This document shows, one piece after another, positions 1 through 12,858 of a DNA stretch of 64,000 bases. The stretch covers positions 49,922,464 to 49,986,463 of the forward strand of contig NC_043011.1 of NCBI RefSeq assembly GCF_006345805.1. Reading direction: 5' to 3'. The stretch comes from Octopus sinensis (lineage: Eukaryota). Numbering within the stretch: the first letter of the stretch is position 1; each line of letters opens with the position of its first letter. Position numbers and translations under genes: made by a program. The notes beneath the pieces are model-generated. The model made no database searches and had not been told where the DNA came from. It saw nothing but the letters and a program-made list of their open reading frames with translations.

Positions 1-883
1 ATTTGGTATAACCTTAATTGTAACTTCTTTAGGGACGTCTAAATCATGCATGGAATAGTCATAGCTATGACACATTTGATGTCTTAATAATACATGAAAC
101 GGTCGTGGCTGTATCCTTTGAGTTTTAAATAATAATAGCATGGTCATAGTAATTCTTTCGTTGATATCTAAATAATAAATTGTAATGGTCGTAGCTGGAG
201 CATCTTCGTTACCTAAATAATACTTGAATTGTTCATGAGTGTAAAGTTTTTCATCTTACGTCTTAAAGAGCATAGTTGTTCGAGAACTAAACTAAACAAC
301 ACGAAAAAGTCAATGAATGAAACTGATTCTGCCATGGATATTTGATTTACTAAATATAGGAGAGAAATCTCCTTCGTATCTCAACCTTTCACCTAAAAAT
401 AGAAAAAGGTAGTAATATTCTACTGAAGTTGTAGTTCAATTCCTTCAGAGAAATTATCCTTTACTGGCACGTGCAATCGCTAATGAAACAGGTGAATTAA
501 GCCTGATCTAGGTCTAAATATAATCGTGAAAAAACTGCACGTCAAAAAATGCATTAGGCACGGAAAAAAAGAAAATGTCAATGTAAGGGATAGAAATAAG
601 ATTGATGCTGCGGTACGAACTGAAATAGGGTTCCATGGAATAAGCAAAATGTATTCCGATAATCGAGACACAGAGAGAAGTAAAAGAAATACTTGATTAT
701 CTTGATATAAAACAGATAGCGTGCAAAAAGAGATTATCTCCAAAGATAAAGAGAAAAGTGGTGAGTGTATACACACACACACACACACACAAACACAAAC
801 AAACAAACAAACATGCGTACAAAAATACGCATATATAGAGAGAGAGGAAGAAGGAGAGAGATGTGCAAGAATGTATGTGTATG

Positions 884-927
<44 letters not shown>

Positions 928-1077
928 TGCATATGTGGACTTGAATGTGTGTGTGTATATATATATGTTTATATATATATATATATACATGCATATATAT
1001 ACATATATATATATATAATATATATATATATATTGTCAGACTGACAGTCAGACAGGCAGACAGTCAGATAGATAGAT

Positions 1078-1128
<51 letters not shown>

Positions 1129-1617
1129 CAGAGAGAGAGAGAGAGTATGAGGGAGAGAGGGAGACAAACACGTACGGTTTCTGTATATAACCGTATATAA
1201 CTGTACCTCATGGATAAATGAAGAATATAGAAATAATGAGACTAAAATTGGAAGTCGTTTGGCAATGTTCGTGATGGAAGCTTAGAGAAGCGAAAACAAG
1301 ACGGGAATCTTAATAGCATAATCATTACATCACGAAAACAAATGAACTTTTCTTGGTAAAGCAATACCAGGTCTATACATATATTCACGCCTACATACAT
1401 TCATACATACACAAACACATTACACACATATATGTATATATATACATATATATATATATATATAATATATATAATATATATATATATATATATACACACA
1501 TACATACTGAGAGATATACCGTATATATATATATATATATTATATATATATATACGTTTAAAATTTGTTGTGCAAGATTTTATTGGCTAAACTGGCAATA
1601 TGACCATTCCGAAATAT

Positions 1618-1672
<55 letters not shown>

Positions 1673-2014
1673 TATAAGAAGAAAGCTATTAAATACCAGA
1701 CTGGCTGTGACGTAAATGATAGGTGATTGAATATTTCTTACTTGGACACAGTGAGAATCAATACTGGATCCATACATCTGCTAGAAATAACAACTAAATT
1801 GTATCTAAATCATATCATGCTGTCATGAATGGCAGTGAGATGATGCGAGAAACCTTATGTTTCTCGGTTGATGATACATTCCTTCCGTCTCTTACCAGTC
1901 TCAGAGACCATGTGAACGTTTAGGAACACTGCTTATTCTCATTCCTAAAGAAGATTATCGGTCTGTTTATCTGCCACCCCATTTTTATCTGTGTGTGTGT
2001 GTGTGTGTATACTT

Positions 2015-2046
<32 letters not shown>

Positions 2047-2052
<6 letters not shown>

Positions 2053-2250
2053 GTGACCGCGTGTGTACCGTTGGCGATATTTTCCTTTGTCTTCCCTTCT
2101 CTGGATCTTTCCTTTTCCTATGTTTCTGACGAAGAGCTCCGCTCGAAATGTTAAACCCTCCTTCTTTCCTTCTTTCCTGAGCGTCCAATAATTCTATATT
2201 TGTTCCACGTCTTCGCGTTGTTGTGTTTTTTTGTGCTTTCATGTTTGGAT
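2047..2250 (+). mobile_element. Penelope-like pseudo-LTR remnant, family P1, with minimal HHR motif at 2122-2156
   Basis: GTTT-CTGACGA-A-GAGC-TCC-GCTC-GAAA-TG-TT-AAAC; related copies at 17360-17590, 35520-35722 and 37105-37290; both ends run into TA microsatellite. Confidence 0.6.
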
Positions 2251-2390
2251 TAACTTTATATGTATATATATATTGTATATGTATATATACTTTGTATATA
2301 TATGCTTTGTGTATTTTCCGGAGGTTGCAACAGCATGATAGAGTATATACACTCTCAAAGTGCCAGGGATTGAAACACCTGAGCGTCAAG

Positions 2391-2565
2391 AACAGGCAAG
2401 GTAACTCCCCTTCGATCGCATGCGACAGACACTAATGTTTCAGCGTGAGTCATCGTATGATTGGGTGAGTTACCTTCAACCCTGATGTGTACGTGATGTA
2501 GTCAAACGACAACAACGGTGGCCCTCACTCCCGTATGGGATTGAAGGAGAGTTATCTTGCCTGTC
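2391..2565. mobile_element. Small fold-back/MITE-like element with ~33-bp imperfect inverted ends
   Basis: aacaggcaaggtaactccccttcgatcgcatgcg at the left matches the reverse complement of cccgtatgggattgaaggagagttatcttgcctgtc at the right. Confidence 0.45.
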
Positions 2566-2789
2566 TATAATCCTGTGGCGTTTTAGCACCCGGCACTTTC
2601 AAAATTTACTCCGCCATGTCATTAGAACTGCCGGAAAAATACACAAAGCATATACGTTACAAAGGATATGTAGTTAAACAAATAATTGCTATACTTGAGC
2701 TGCGTTTAGTTTATGCTTGTGTGTGTGTGTGTCTGTGTGTTTGTCTGTGTGAGTATTCTTTCATTCTTTTACATGTTTCACTCATTTTG

Positions 2790-3085
2790 ACTCTGGTCAT
2801 GCTGGAGCACCACCTTTAGTCGAGCAAATCAACTCCAGGACGTAATCTTTGTAAGCCTAGTGCTTTTTCTATCGGTCTCTTTTGCCGAACCGCTAATTTA
2901 CAGGGACGCAATCTTACCAACATCGGTTCTCAAGTGATGTTAGGTGGAGACATATACGCACACATACATATACAGGTATATATATATACACGACGGGTTT
3001 CTTCCAGTTTCCATCTACCACATCCACTCACAAGTCTTTGTCGGCCCGAGGCTATAGTAGAAGACGCTCGCCTAAGATGCCACGT
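2790..3085 (-). mobile_element. tRNA-headed bipartite SINE, family B
   Basis: Matches copies at 10196-10610, 22925-23362, 23402-23800, 29570-29990 and 62085-62490 (gccgaaccgctaa, ggcccgaggctatagtagaagacac motifs). Confidence 0.75.
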
Positions 3086-3095
3086 GTATATATAC

Positions 3096-3138
<43 letters not shown>

Positions 3139-3161
3139 TGTATATACATGTATATACATGT

Positions 3162-3203
<42 letters not shown>

Positions 3204-3259
3204 ATATATATTATATATATATATGTATGTATGTATATATATATATATATATATAATAT

Positions 3260-3304
<45 letters not shown>

Positions 3305-4129
3305 TATATATTATATATATAATATATATATACGACGGGCTCCGTTCAGCATCGATTCGAGCGGTTCCCGTCTAGGGAACCGGTAGATGCGATCAAACTT
3401 GGATGGATGTAAGTAGAAGACACTTTCTGAGGTGCCACGCAGCGAGACTGAACCTGGTCCATGTGTTTGGGAGGCAAGCTTCTTACCACACAAAACTCCT
3501 GCACCTACATATATATATATATATCTATATATATATATATACATACACACACACACAAGTATATACATACATACAGATGTAAGCATATTTTCTTTATGTT
3601 CAATATCTGCGCGGACTTAATACAGACACCAGTCATACATGTTTCCATCATGGGTGAAAGTTTCATTAGCCGCCAAAGTACCCTCTTTCCTTTGTCCACA
3701 CAGAAATAATCAAAATCCATCCACTATTAGTAAACGCTAAAGTAAATTAAATAACAGTAATTTGCATATATAACATATACTTGGCAACTAGTTCTATGAT
3801 TAAAGTATATGTTAGTTACAAGTAGATGGTTTCGCTGGTATTGCCGTTTCATTTCCGAGGTATATTGTACTATAGCGTAATATCTATAGATTTTTAAAGC
3901 AGCACTGTCTGTTATAGAGATGTACATAACTTGGTTTGGTGTCAGTGTGTGTGTGTGTGTGTGTGCGTGTGCGTGTGTTTATGTGTGTCTTTGCTTGTCT
4001 TTGATGTATGTGTGTGTGTGTCTTTGTATCTTTGAAAGTATCTATGAACAATGGTTTGGTTTTCAACTTTATGTATTTCAAATATCAGAATGAATCGTTA
4101 TTTCTCTTTCCAACAATCGGGCCACGAAC

Positions 4130-4700
4130 TGCCAACAATACCGCCGCCGCCACTAACACCATTGCAACCACTGCTGTCGCAACCGCTACCATCTTCGGTT
4201 ATTAATACCACCCCTACAACTACTACAACCACAACACCCAGCGCTAATAGTACCGATGCCACCACCGGCACAACCACCACTACCAGTACCAATACCACAA
4301 CGACCACCGCCACCAGTAACGACACCGCTTCCACCACTACCACCACCACCACCAATAACAACAACCACAACAACACTGCCAATAGTACAATCATCACTAC
4401 CATCGGCTCCGCCATCACTACCACCACCACCACCACTGCTACCACTTAGAACACTTCGAACACCACCACAACCACCGCAATCAACACAAACACTAACACG
4501 ACCAACACTACCATTACCACCGTCGCCACCCCTTCCACCATGGCCACCACTTCCACCATCCCCATCGCTACTACACCCAACAATGCCATTACAACCACCG
4601 GTGTCACTATTATAGCACCTCCATTCACACCACAGCCACATTACCTTTATCGCCACAACCAACACCACCACCTCCAACACCAACACCTTTACCCACCTAT
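4130..4700. repeat. Degenerate (ACC/CAC/ACT) trinucleotide low-complexity tract
   Basis: Reads as Thr-, Pro- or His-rich in the three + frames at once, consistent with simple-repeat origin. Confidence 0.8.
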
Positions 4701-4992
4701 ATCTCACGTGACATCACCGGTTTTTAGGAAGATTTCATTTTCTTATCTTACCTTATCTCCCCCCTCCCTACTCTCTGTCCCTCCGTTCCGCACGCTCTCT
4801 GTCTCTTCCCTTCTCTCTTTCTCTCTATCTATCTATATCTCTCAATCCTCTCTCCTTTTTTCCCTCCTTTTGCCCTCTGTCTTTCTTCCTCTCTACCCTC
4901 TCTCTCTGTGTTTCTCTCCTTCACCGGATGTCATTTCTCTATCTTTGACTCAATACCGAATGTTACTGTCGGTGTTTTATACCTCACTACAG

Positions 4993-5036
4993 CTTGGGAA
5001 GGTTGGCTAGGTTTACAAATACATGCTAAACAAAAG
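4993..5036 (+). CDS. Candidate 44-nt internal exon (xWEGWLGLQIHAKQK)
   Basis: Acceptor ttttatacctcactacAG, donor AAG|GTAAGC; only one frame is open; no homology recognised. Confidence 0.3.
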
Positions 5037-5203
5037 GTAAGCTCTTTCAATCCTTTTTAAATTTCTACATGTCTAATTATACCACAACATGGCGCAGTAG
5101 TTGACTCATCCGATGGAACGCACCGGTTCTCTGAGTTATGAATTCGATGCAACCGACTTAGCCCTTCCCAGAAGATGCTGGCCCAGTGCCGAAATTGGAA
5201 ACC

Positions 5204-5234
<31 letters not shown>

Positions 5235-5297
5235 TATTATTATTATTATTATTATCATCATTGTTGTTGTTGCTGTTGTTGTTGTTATTATTATTCT

Positions 5298-5640
5298 GTG
5301 AGAGAGCAGTGTATGCCATAAAGTGACACTGGAGTAAAATATACGAAGCCTAGTTTACCCATCATGGCTCCCCGTCTGATAAGGGTACACCAGGCAGGCA
5401 CATGCATCATAACCATATGTGCGCGACATGGTGAATTCATATCAAGATAAAGAGTACATGACCTTGCAAGCGGGGCGCTGTTAGAATGTTCTTCAGGTCG
5501 TGTAGACCATCTCACTCAAATGGTCCTTGAATAAGGTTTCATTAAGGATGTTGAACAAAGCATCCAAGACTCCAGAGGTGAATTATTCAAACACGAAAGA
5601 TTATCTCTCAACACATGGCTATGATGCTCCCCTAGTCACG
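5298..5640 (-). mobile_element. (TAA)n-associated retroposon remnant (3' UTR or SINE-like partner of an R4-type LINE)
   Basis: gagagcagtgtatgccataaagtgacactgg end abuts a (TTA)n tract; the same end recurs at about 5848-5880. Confidence 0.4.
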
Positions 5641-5879
5641 AAGGGACATGCTCAACTGATTAAGGTCAAACAACTGATAAGCAAATCTATTGTATTTAGC
5701 AGAGCATTTGTTGTAGCCATGGATTTATACGAAAACAAAACAACGTACATAACACTTTCAATCAGTTAAAATGAGAAGCCATGAGAGACACTACCAACTA
5801 CTGCATCTGGGAATTATTATTGCTGTTGTTATTATTATTATTATTTGAGAGCAGCGTATGTCATCAAATTAACATTGGG

Positions 5880-6095
5880 CTAAAGGTAGCGAGCTGGCAA
5901 CATGGTTGGCAAGCCGGACAAAATGCCTAGCGGTCTTTCGTCTGTTTTCACATTCTGAGTTAAATTCCACCGAAAAACGATTTTGCCTTTCATTCTTTCG
6001 GGGTTGTTAAATTAAAAACCAGCCTGGTACTGGGCTGTATGTGATCGACCAACCCGCTCCCCACGCATTCCAGGCCTTGCACCTATAGCAAAAAT
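5880..6095 (+). mobile_element. SINE family A (gagctggcagaa head, gccttt-catcctttcggggtcgataaa core) with (TTA)n tail
   Basis: Homologous to 24502-24737, 42822-43040 and 55238-55455; followed by about 100 nt of (TTA)n. Confidence 0.7.
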
Positions 6096-6103
6096 TATTA
6101 TTA

Positions 6104-6198
<95 letters not shown>

Positions 6199-6345
6199 TA
6201 TGTTTGACTTTTACTTTACATTTGTATAAGTTGGCTCCAAGTCTCACCCAGAGACCTCAAGAGACAACAAGTTGGAAGTTCATGTTATGCCTAGTGTGCC
6301 ATATATTTGGTCTTGTATTTAGTGTTGTACTAGTGAATGTCTATT
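6199..6345 (-). mobile_element. Short retroposon 3' end flanked by (TAA)n on both sides
   Basis: Non-repetitive 147-nt insert inside a TTA tract; the minus strand ends ...aagtcaaacataga-(ata)n. Confidence 0.4.
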
Positions 6346-6436
6346 ATTATTATTATTATTGTTGTTGTTGTTGTTGTTGTTGCTTTTGTTGTTGCTTTTG
6401 TTGTTGTCGTTGTTGTTGTTGTTTTTATTATTATTA

Positions 6437-7708
6437 TTCAGTAGTCTTATTTCTATCACGTGTTTTCACTGCACTACCAAGTGCAGGTCTGTGTTCCTTT
6501 GGTATGTGCTGTGGTTTGTTGTGATGTCCTTATTTTTACTGTATTGAAAGTGTTTTACGTAGGATTTCTGCCCTGCCTAGTACTGCTATTTTCTGTATTA
6601 TATATACTTGTTAGTCCTGGTGATTTTTTTTTATGTATTTGTCTGAATTTTTTTTTTATCATACCTAATGCGTTTATTATAGGAGTTGTTTCTGTTTTTA
6701 GACTCCGCTTTCGAGTTACCTCTATTTCTAGGTTTTTGTATTTTGAAAGTTTCTCCATTTCTTTTAGAAATGTCATCTGTTGGTATTGATACAACGATTA
6801 GAAGACCAGTTTTTCTTGATAATCTCTGACAACTGTATCTGGCCTATTCGCCTTAATTTCTCTATCTGTGAGTATTGGCATATCCCATAGTATGGTTGCT
6901 TTCTCATTTTCTGTGACCTTTTCTGGTGTGTGCCTATACCATCTTTTTGCTGTTGATCTTTCACAGTGCTGGCGTAGCTTCCAGTGTATATAGATCCCAA
7001 CACTGTCGTGTCTGTGAATATATTTGTTCTTAGCCAAAGACAATATGATTTATTGTTTCTTCTCCACATATTCTGCAGTTACATGTATTTCTTTTCATTA
7101 CATGTTTTTTGATAATTTCTGGTGGGAAGGCTTTAATCTTGTGCTGCAATAAAAAATTCTTCAGTCTCTGTTTTGAGTCCTGAGCTCGTCAGTCATTGTT
7201 GGAATTTTGCTTTGTGCATTTCTTTTCTGTTTAGTTTAACCCAATATTTGTCATGAAGGGGCTTTCCTTGCCATCGTTTTATCATGATTCGTTATTGCCC
7301 CAGTTTTACTTTTGGATTTCAGTAGTTTTACAGCTTTTGTCGTTTCTTCTTTTCCTTTTCATAGCTGTTAGGTACTATGACTTCTGTTTTGTATTTGTCA
7401 GCTTCCTTAAATACTGAACACAGTTTTTCGCTTTGTTCGTGTTTTGTGGCTCTTTGTATTAGTTTTCCTTTCTTCTCACGTAGGTATCTTATGGTGGTTA
7501 TTTTGTTATAGTTTTCTAGCCGTATAAGGCCTCTACCACATTCGATACGTTGTATATATAACCTTTCTATGTCAGGTTTTCGGTGGTGCATCCTAAATTC
7601 TGTCATTATTTTTCTTGTTTTCCTGTCTATTTTGATTAATTAATTTAGAGCCCAGATAAGGACACTGTAGCCGTAAATTATAACTGGGACGGCAAGAGTG
7701 TTGATACC
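6437..7708 (-). mobile_element. 5'-truncated R4/Dong-like non-LTR retrotransposon (RLE endonuclease end), frameshifted
   Basis: Translations HRHDSVGIYIHWKL, ENEKATILWDMPILTDREIKANRPDTVVRD (PD..D RLE motif), KYKNLEIE, PIINALGMIKK; 3' end abuts (TAA)n. Confidence 0.85.
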
Positions 7709-8961
7709 TGTGCAGGGAGAAATGCTTAGCGGTATATGGTCTGTCTTTACGTTCTGAGTTCAAATTCCGCCAAGGTCGAGTTTGCCTTTCATCCTTTCGG
7801 GGCTGGTAAATTAAGTACTGGGATCGATCTAATCGACTGAACCCCTACCGAAAAAATTTCGGGCCGTGTGCCTAGAGTAGAAAAGAGTATTTCGTCTGCC
7901 GCTTCGTTCTGATTTCAAACTCCGCCGAGATCGACTTCGCTTTTCATCCTTTCGGGGTCGATAAATGAAACACTGGGATCTATATTATCGACTAGTCCCT
8001 TCCCCCAAGATTTCAGACCGTGCTAAATGTGTCTGCTAGCTTGCCTCCTTGACAAACTATTACCACCACAGTGTTACAAACTATACATCCCGACCCTCAT
8101 TATATTGTTCGTTATCAATCTATCTACTTTAAATCAGACCTGTTTGTCTTATATACTATACAGCCGTATAAACGTATAATCTTCACGGCAACCAGATATG
8201 TTGACACCTACTATAGATTCGTGGACTTTAACGACATGCAACCGGGCGTTTAACATAGTTGTTGTATATATTATACGGTTAAATAGCCATAGCTAATCAA
8301 TTTAAACAGCGGGACATCTACTTAGGAAAATGCCGACTTTCTTGACAATTTTCTCATTTATCTTGCTGGAGAGATATTTCTGTTGATCTGTTCACGTTGG
8401 GCATATTTGGGTTGTGAGGAATTCGTTACTACCCTCATAGCCAAACTGTGTTTGTGCGTGAATGTGTGTGTGTGTGTATGTGTGTGTGCCTGCGCCGTAA
8501 TTGGCATAATGCAAAAGTGGTAAAGTATATTAACATATGTTTTATGTAGGGCGAATATTATTTGGCGAAGAACACAACATATCGTTTAGAGTGGATTGAT
8601 ATGTTTATTATTTCATATTATCAAACGTAGATATGAACGAAAAGAATAAAATTTATATATGTATGTGTGCATCAACTGTGTATGTGTGTGTGTGCATATA
8701 CATACGTTTACGCGTGCTTGTGTGTGTATTTATAAATATACATGTATGTGTGTTTATTATATATTTGGGAATGTATGTACGTATATGTTTGTGTATGCGT
8801 GTAGATCTATATTCAAATTTAAAAAAAAAACGATGAACAGTTTATTTGATATTTCTATCCATATTAATGTTTTATTAATGATATCTACATCACTACATTT
8901 ATCTAAGATGCTAGCTTTATAGCCATCCCCAAATAGCTAGCTAGCTAGCTAGCTAGCTAGC

Positions 8962-9031
<70 letters not shown>

Positions 9032-9040
9032 TAGATAGAT

Positions 9041-9116
<76 letters not shown>

Positions 9117-9777
9117 CTAGATACCGAAAGACGGGCAGACAGATATTTATATAGATAGAGATAGAGTATAGAGGGGGAGAGATTTGTGTAAGTTAATTAA
9201 TGCAAGATTTAATGAAGTTACGTCATCTTCAATATTGTTCATCAACGTATCAATCAACGATATCCTAGAAACACCCACCACCACTTCCAACACTAGCAAC
9301 ATTTCAGTCGTTATTCATGTCAGACATGTTGTATGATAGATCAAGTATGAATTGTACGTTCTTCAAAGTATGTCTAGCAACACGTTTCTCACTCACAGAA
9401 CACATGTATATATGTTTATATGAGCATATGTATCTGTGTACGCGCATGTGTTTTAGGACTTATTTAAGCTTATTCCTTTTTAGATAGAATACGAAACGGT
9501 CACTTTTCTTTCCTAAACTGAATACAGCTCTTGGGTTTTCTACCTGACTTGTATCCAAAATTTCTTGTATCCCAGAATCCCTTGTACTATTGAGCACATA
9601 GTCTTCGTAAAGGAGAATCTTTTCTCCGATGAGGAATGCATGGGATATTTGAGTTCAAATCTGCCGCAAAGTTTTCAGAATGAATATACAAGTTATCAAA
9701 TTCGCACCCACACGCACACACACACAAACACTCATTTATCCATTCTTATATGAATATATACGAATATACATACATAC

Positions 9778-9893
9778 ATTATTATGACTGCCCCCTCGTT
9801 ATCGAGTATGTCCATTGCACGAAGCTTAACTGTTACTGGTGCTGTGAACGAATGTGACTTTTTAGCCCAGCTAAAGATCTACAATGTCTTGTA
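9778..9893 (-). mobile_element. RTE-type LINE 3' end inserted in (TACA)n
   Basis: TRHCRSLAGLKSHIRSQHQ* (partial C2H2) followed by catactcgataacgagggggcagtc-ataat. Confidence 0.6.
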
Positions 9894-10150
9894 CATACAT
9901 ACATACATACATACATACATACATACATACATACATACATGCATACATACATACATACATACGTACATACATACATACATACATACATACATACATACAT
10001 ACATACGTACGTACGTACGTACGTACGTACATGCATACATGCATACATACATACATACATACGCACGTACGTACATGCATACATACATACATACATACAT
10101 ACATACATACATACATACATACATACATACATACATACATACATACATAC
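9893..10150. repeat. (TACA)n microsatellite
   Basis: About 260 nt of TACA units with TACG/TGCA variants. Confidence 0.95.
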
Positions 10151-10195
10151 ATTGAATTGAATTAGTTTCAGCTCACGATTTGTGACAATGATGGG

Positions 10196-10610
10196 AACAT
10201 ATTTTTCTTCTTTTTTCTTGTTTCAGTGATTTTGACTGCGGTCATGCTTGAGCACCGCCTTGAAAGGTATTTAATCGAAGCAATCGACTTCAGAAGTAAT
10301 TTCTTGTAAGCTTAGTACTTATCCTAAGTACTTAGCGGTTCGGCTAAGTTACGGAAACGTAAACACACCAACATTGGTTCTCAAGTGATGGTGGTGGGGA
10401 CAAAGACAGCCAGACAGACACACGCATAAATATATACATATAATATATACGACAGTCTTCTTTAAGTTTCCGCCTAACAAATCGACTTACAAGTTTTTGC
10501 TCGCCCCGTAACTATGGTAGAAGATACTTGCCCGATGTCTCATGCAGCAGAACCGAACCTGGAACCATGTGGTTGAGAAGTAAGCTTCTTACCACACAAC
10601 CACGCCTTCG
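10196..10610 (-). mobile_element. SINE family B (head plus tail)
   Basis: Homologous to 22925-23362. Confidence 0.75.
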
Positions 10611-10734
10611 CCTTGCTTTCTCTCTCTCCCTCTCCCTCCCTCTCTCCTTATCTCGCTTCCTCTTTACATATATGTATATATATATATATATTATATATAT
10701 ATATATTGTTTTTTTGTATTTGTTTATGTATATG

Positions 10735-10775
<41 letters not shown>

Positions 10776-11460
10776 GCTTATATACATGCTTACATACATA
10801 CATACAGTGTATCATGCACGACTAATTAATTGTACCAGAGGATAACTTTTGTTCAACGTAATTCAAAGAAAAATATTTTGCGCCAATAAAACGTTCTATC
10901 AGAACAACAAAGGGAGTTAATTGTTAAAGAGTTAAATAGAATTATTCGGGTGCGCAAACGATAAAGAGGATCTCTTTAATATATGATAAGAAATGTTTCG
11001 GTTTATTAGCCTTTTTCTTCTAAGTTCAACGAAGCACTATTGTAAGTATAAATGTATTGTTATTCTATGAATAATATTGTTTATGTATGGTTTCTCTAAT
11101 GCCAAGAAACTCTCTCACACACACATGCACACACAGGCACACACATATACTACGGTCATTCAGAAAAGCATATATAGGGATGGATGCTCGTGGGCCAGCG
11201 GTTAGGGTTTTGAACTCATGACCGTAACGTTGTGATTTCGATTCCTGAAACGAGTGATGGTTTGTGTTCTTGAACAAAACACTTCATTTCACGTTGCTCC
11301 CGTCCACGCTGCTGGTAAAAATTAGCAATCCTGCGATACATCGGCTCCCTGTCCGCGTGGGAAATATATACGCCACTGAAACCGGGAAACCGGCCCTTAT
11401 GAACCTGGCGGCGATCGACAGGGAAACATTTAGTTGTATTTTATATATATATGTGTGTGT

Positions 11461-11497
<37 letters not shown>

Positions 11498-11783
11498 TGT
11501 GTGTGTGTGCGTGTGTGTGTATACAGAACATGGGCTTTAGTTCACAGGTGATCTAAAAGATTAGGTACGCTAGGAAAGTGCTGTAACGTATTACTAGGAC
11601 TCAAAGGTGTAGCCGAGAAGGTAGTTATGGAGCCATTGCAGATGTCTGACATAGCGTATATATAACTGTTAGGGAGGGCAACAAACGTTAAGGCAAGGCA
11701 AATATTTCCAATATTAATAACGTACATGACTCGAGATGTTTGCCTTGCCTTCAAGTTTGTCGTCCTCTTTAACAACTGTACAT

Positions 11784-11844
<61 letters not shown>

Positions 11845-11854
<10 letters not shown>

Positions 11855-12050
11855 CGGGAAGGTTTACGAAGATAAACGAAAGACGAAAGCAGGTTTACGA
11901 AAATAAACAAAGGACGAAGGCAGGTAGAGTACAAACAAACAATGTATTAGTATGGCGCTCAGGAATAGAAATAAAACAAGTCTTTTACGTTTCGAGCCTA
12001 CGCTCTTCGACAGAAAGATACACAGAAAAGAAACAAGGAGAGAAAAAAAT
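11845..12050 (-). mobile_element. Penelope-like pseudo-LTR remnant, family P2, with variant HHR scaffold at 11981-12018
   Basis: Minus strand TCTTT-CTGTCGA-A-GAGC-GTAG-GCTC-GAAA-CG-TA-AAAGA; related copies at 18575-18725, 28375-28470 and 54840-55085; abuts (TA)n. Confidence 0.55.
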
Positions 12051-12420
12051 TGCGTGTAGGGGCTAAAGATCCAACATATATGCTGAGACCCCCTTCGGTC
12101 ATGACTGACCAAGGGATTGCACCTAGAAAATTACCCTCCCAGGCACCAGTCCGGGCAAGTTTGTTTATGAAAGACCAGCATTCGCGCATGCATACCTATT
12201 TCTTTACTACCCACAAGGGGCTAAACACAGAGGGGAAATAGAAGGACAGACAGACGGATTAAGTCGATTACATCGACCCCAGTGCGTAACTGGTGCAACG
12301 TGAAATAAAGTGTGTTGCTCAAGAACACCACACGCAGCCCGGACCGGATTTGAACTCACAACCTCACGATCTAACCCCTGATGCATGCTCGACGCTCTAA
12401 ACACTGAGCCATGCACCTTC

Positions 12421-12459
<39 letters not shown>

Positions 12460-12543
12460 GTATATATATATATTTATGCACACACACATACATATATAAA
12501 TTCATGTATATATGTGTGTGTGGTATATGAGTATGTGGAGTGA

Positions 12544-12858
12544 GGGCGCGTGGCTTAGTGGTTAGGGCATTCGGCTCATGATCGTAAGGTTGTGAGTTCA
12601 ATTCCCGGCGACGCGTTGTGTCCTTGAGCAAGACACTTTATTTCACGTTGCTCCAGTCCACTCAGCTGGCAAAAATGAGTTGTACTTGTATTTCAAAGGG
12701 TCAGCCTTGTCACTCTCTGTGTCACGCTGATTATCCCCGAGAACTACGTTAAGGGTACACGTGTCTGTGGAATGCTCAGCCATTTGCACGTTAATTTCAC
12801 GAGCAAGCTGTTCCGTTGATCGTATCAGCTGGGACCCTCGTCGTCGTAACCGGCGGAG
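12544..12858 (+). mobile_element. tRNA-derived SINE family C, near full length
   Basis: A box TGGCTTAGTGG and B box GAGTTCAATTCC, then gtgtccttgagcaagacac body; relatives at 33094, 55593 and 12300 (-). Confidence 0.8.

Noticed and set aside
3100-3330. Recurrent AA/TT interruptions in (TA)n tracts as a possible code
   Set aside because: Best explained by slippage or sequencing indels in self-complementary repeats.
4051-4707. Mucin-like Thr/Pro-rich ORFs
   Set aside because: Overlapping ORFs in most frames across a degenerate trinucleotide repeat, with no credible splice or start context.
12544-12615. tRNA gene-like sequences (also at 33094, 37642, 25140, 56870)
   Set aside because: They have A/B boxes but continue into shared SINE bodies and lack a complete cloverleaf, so they are SINE heads.
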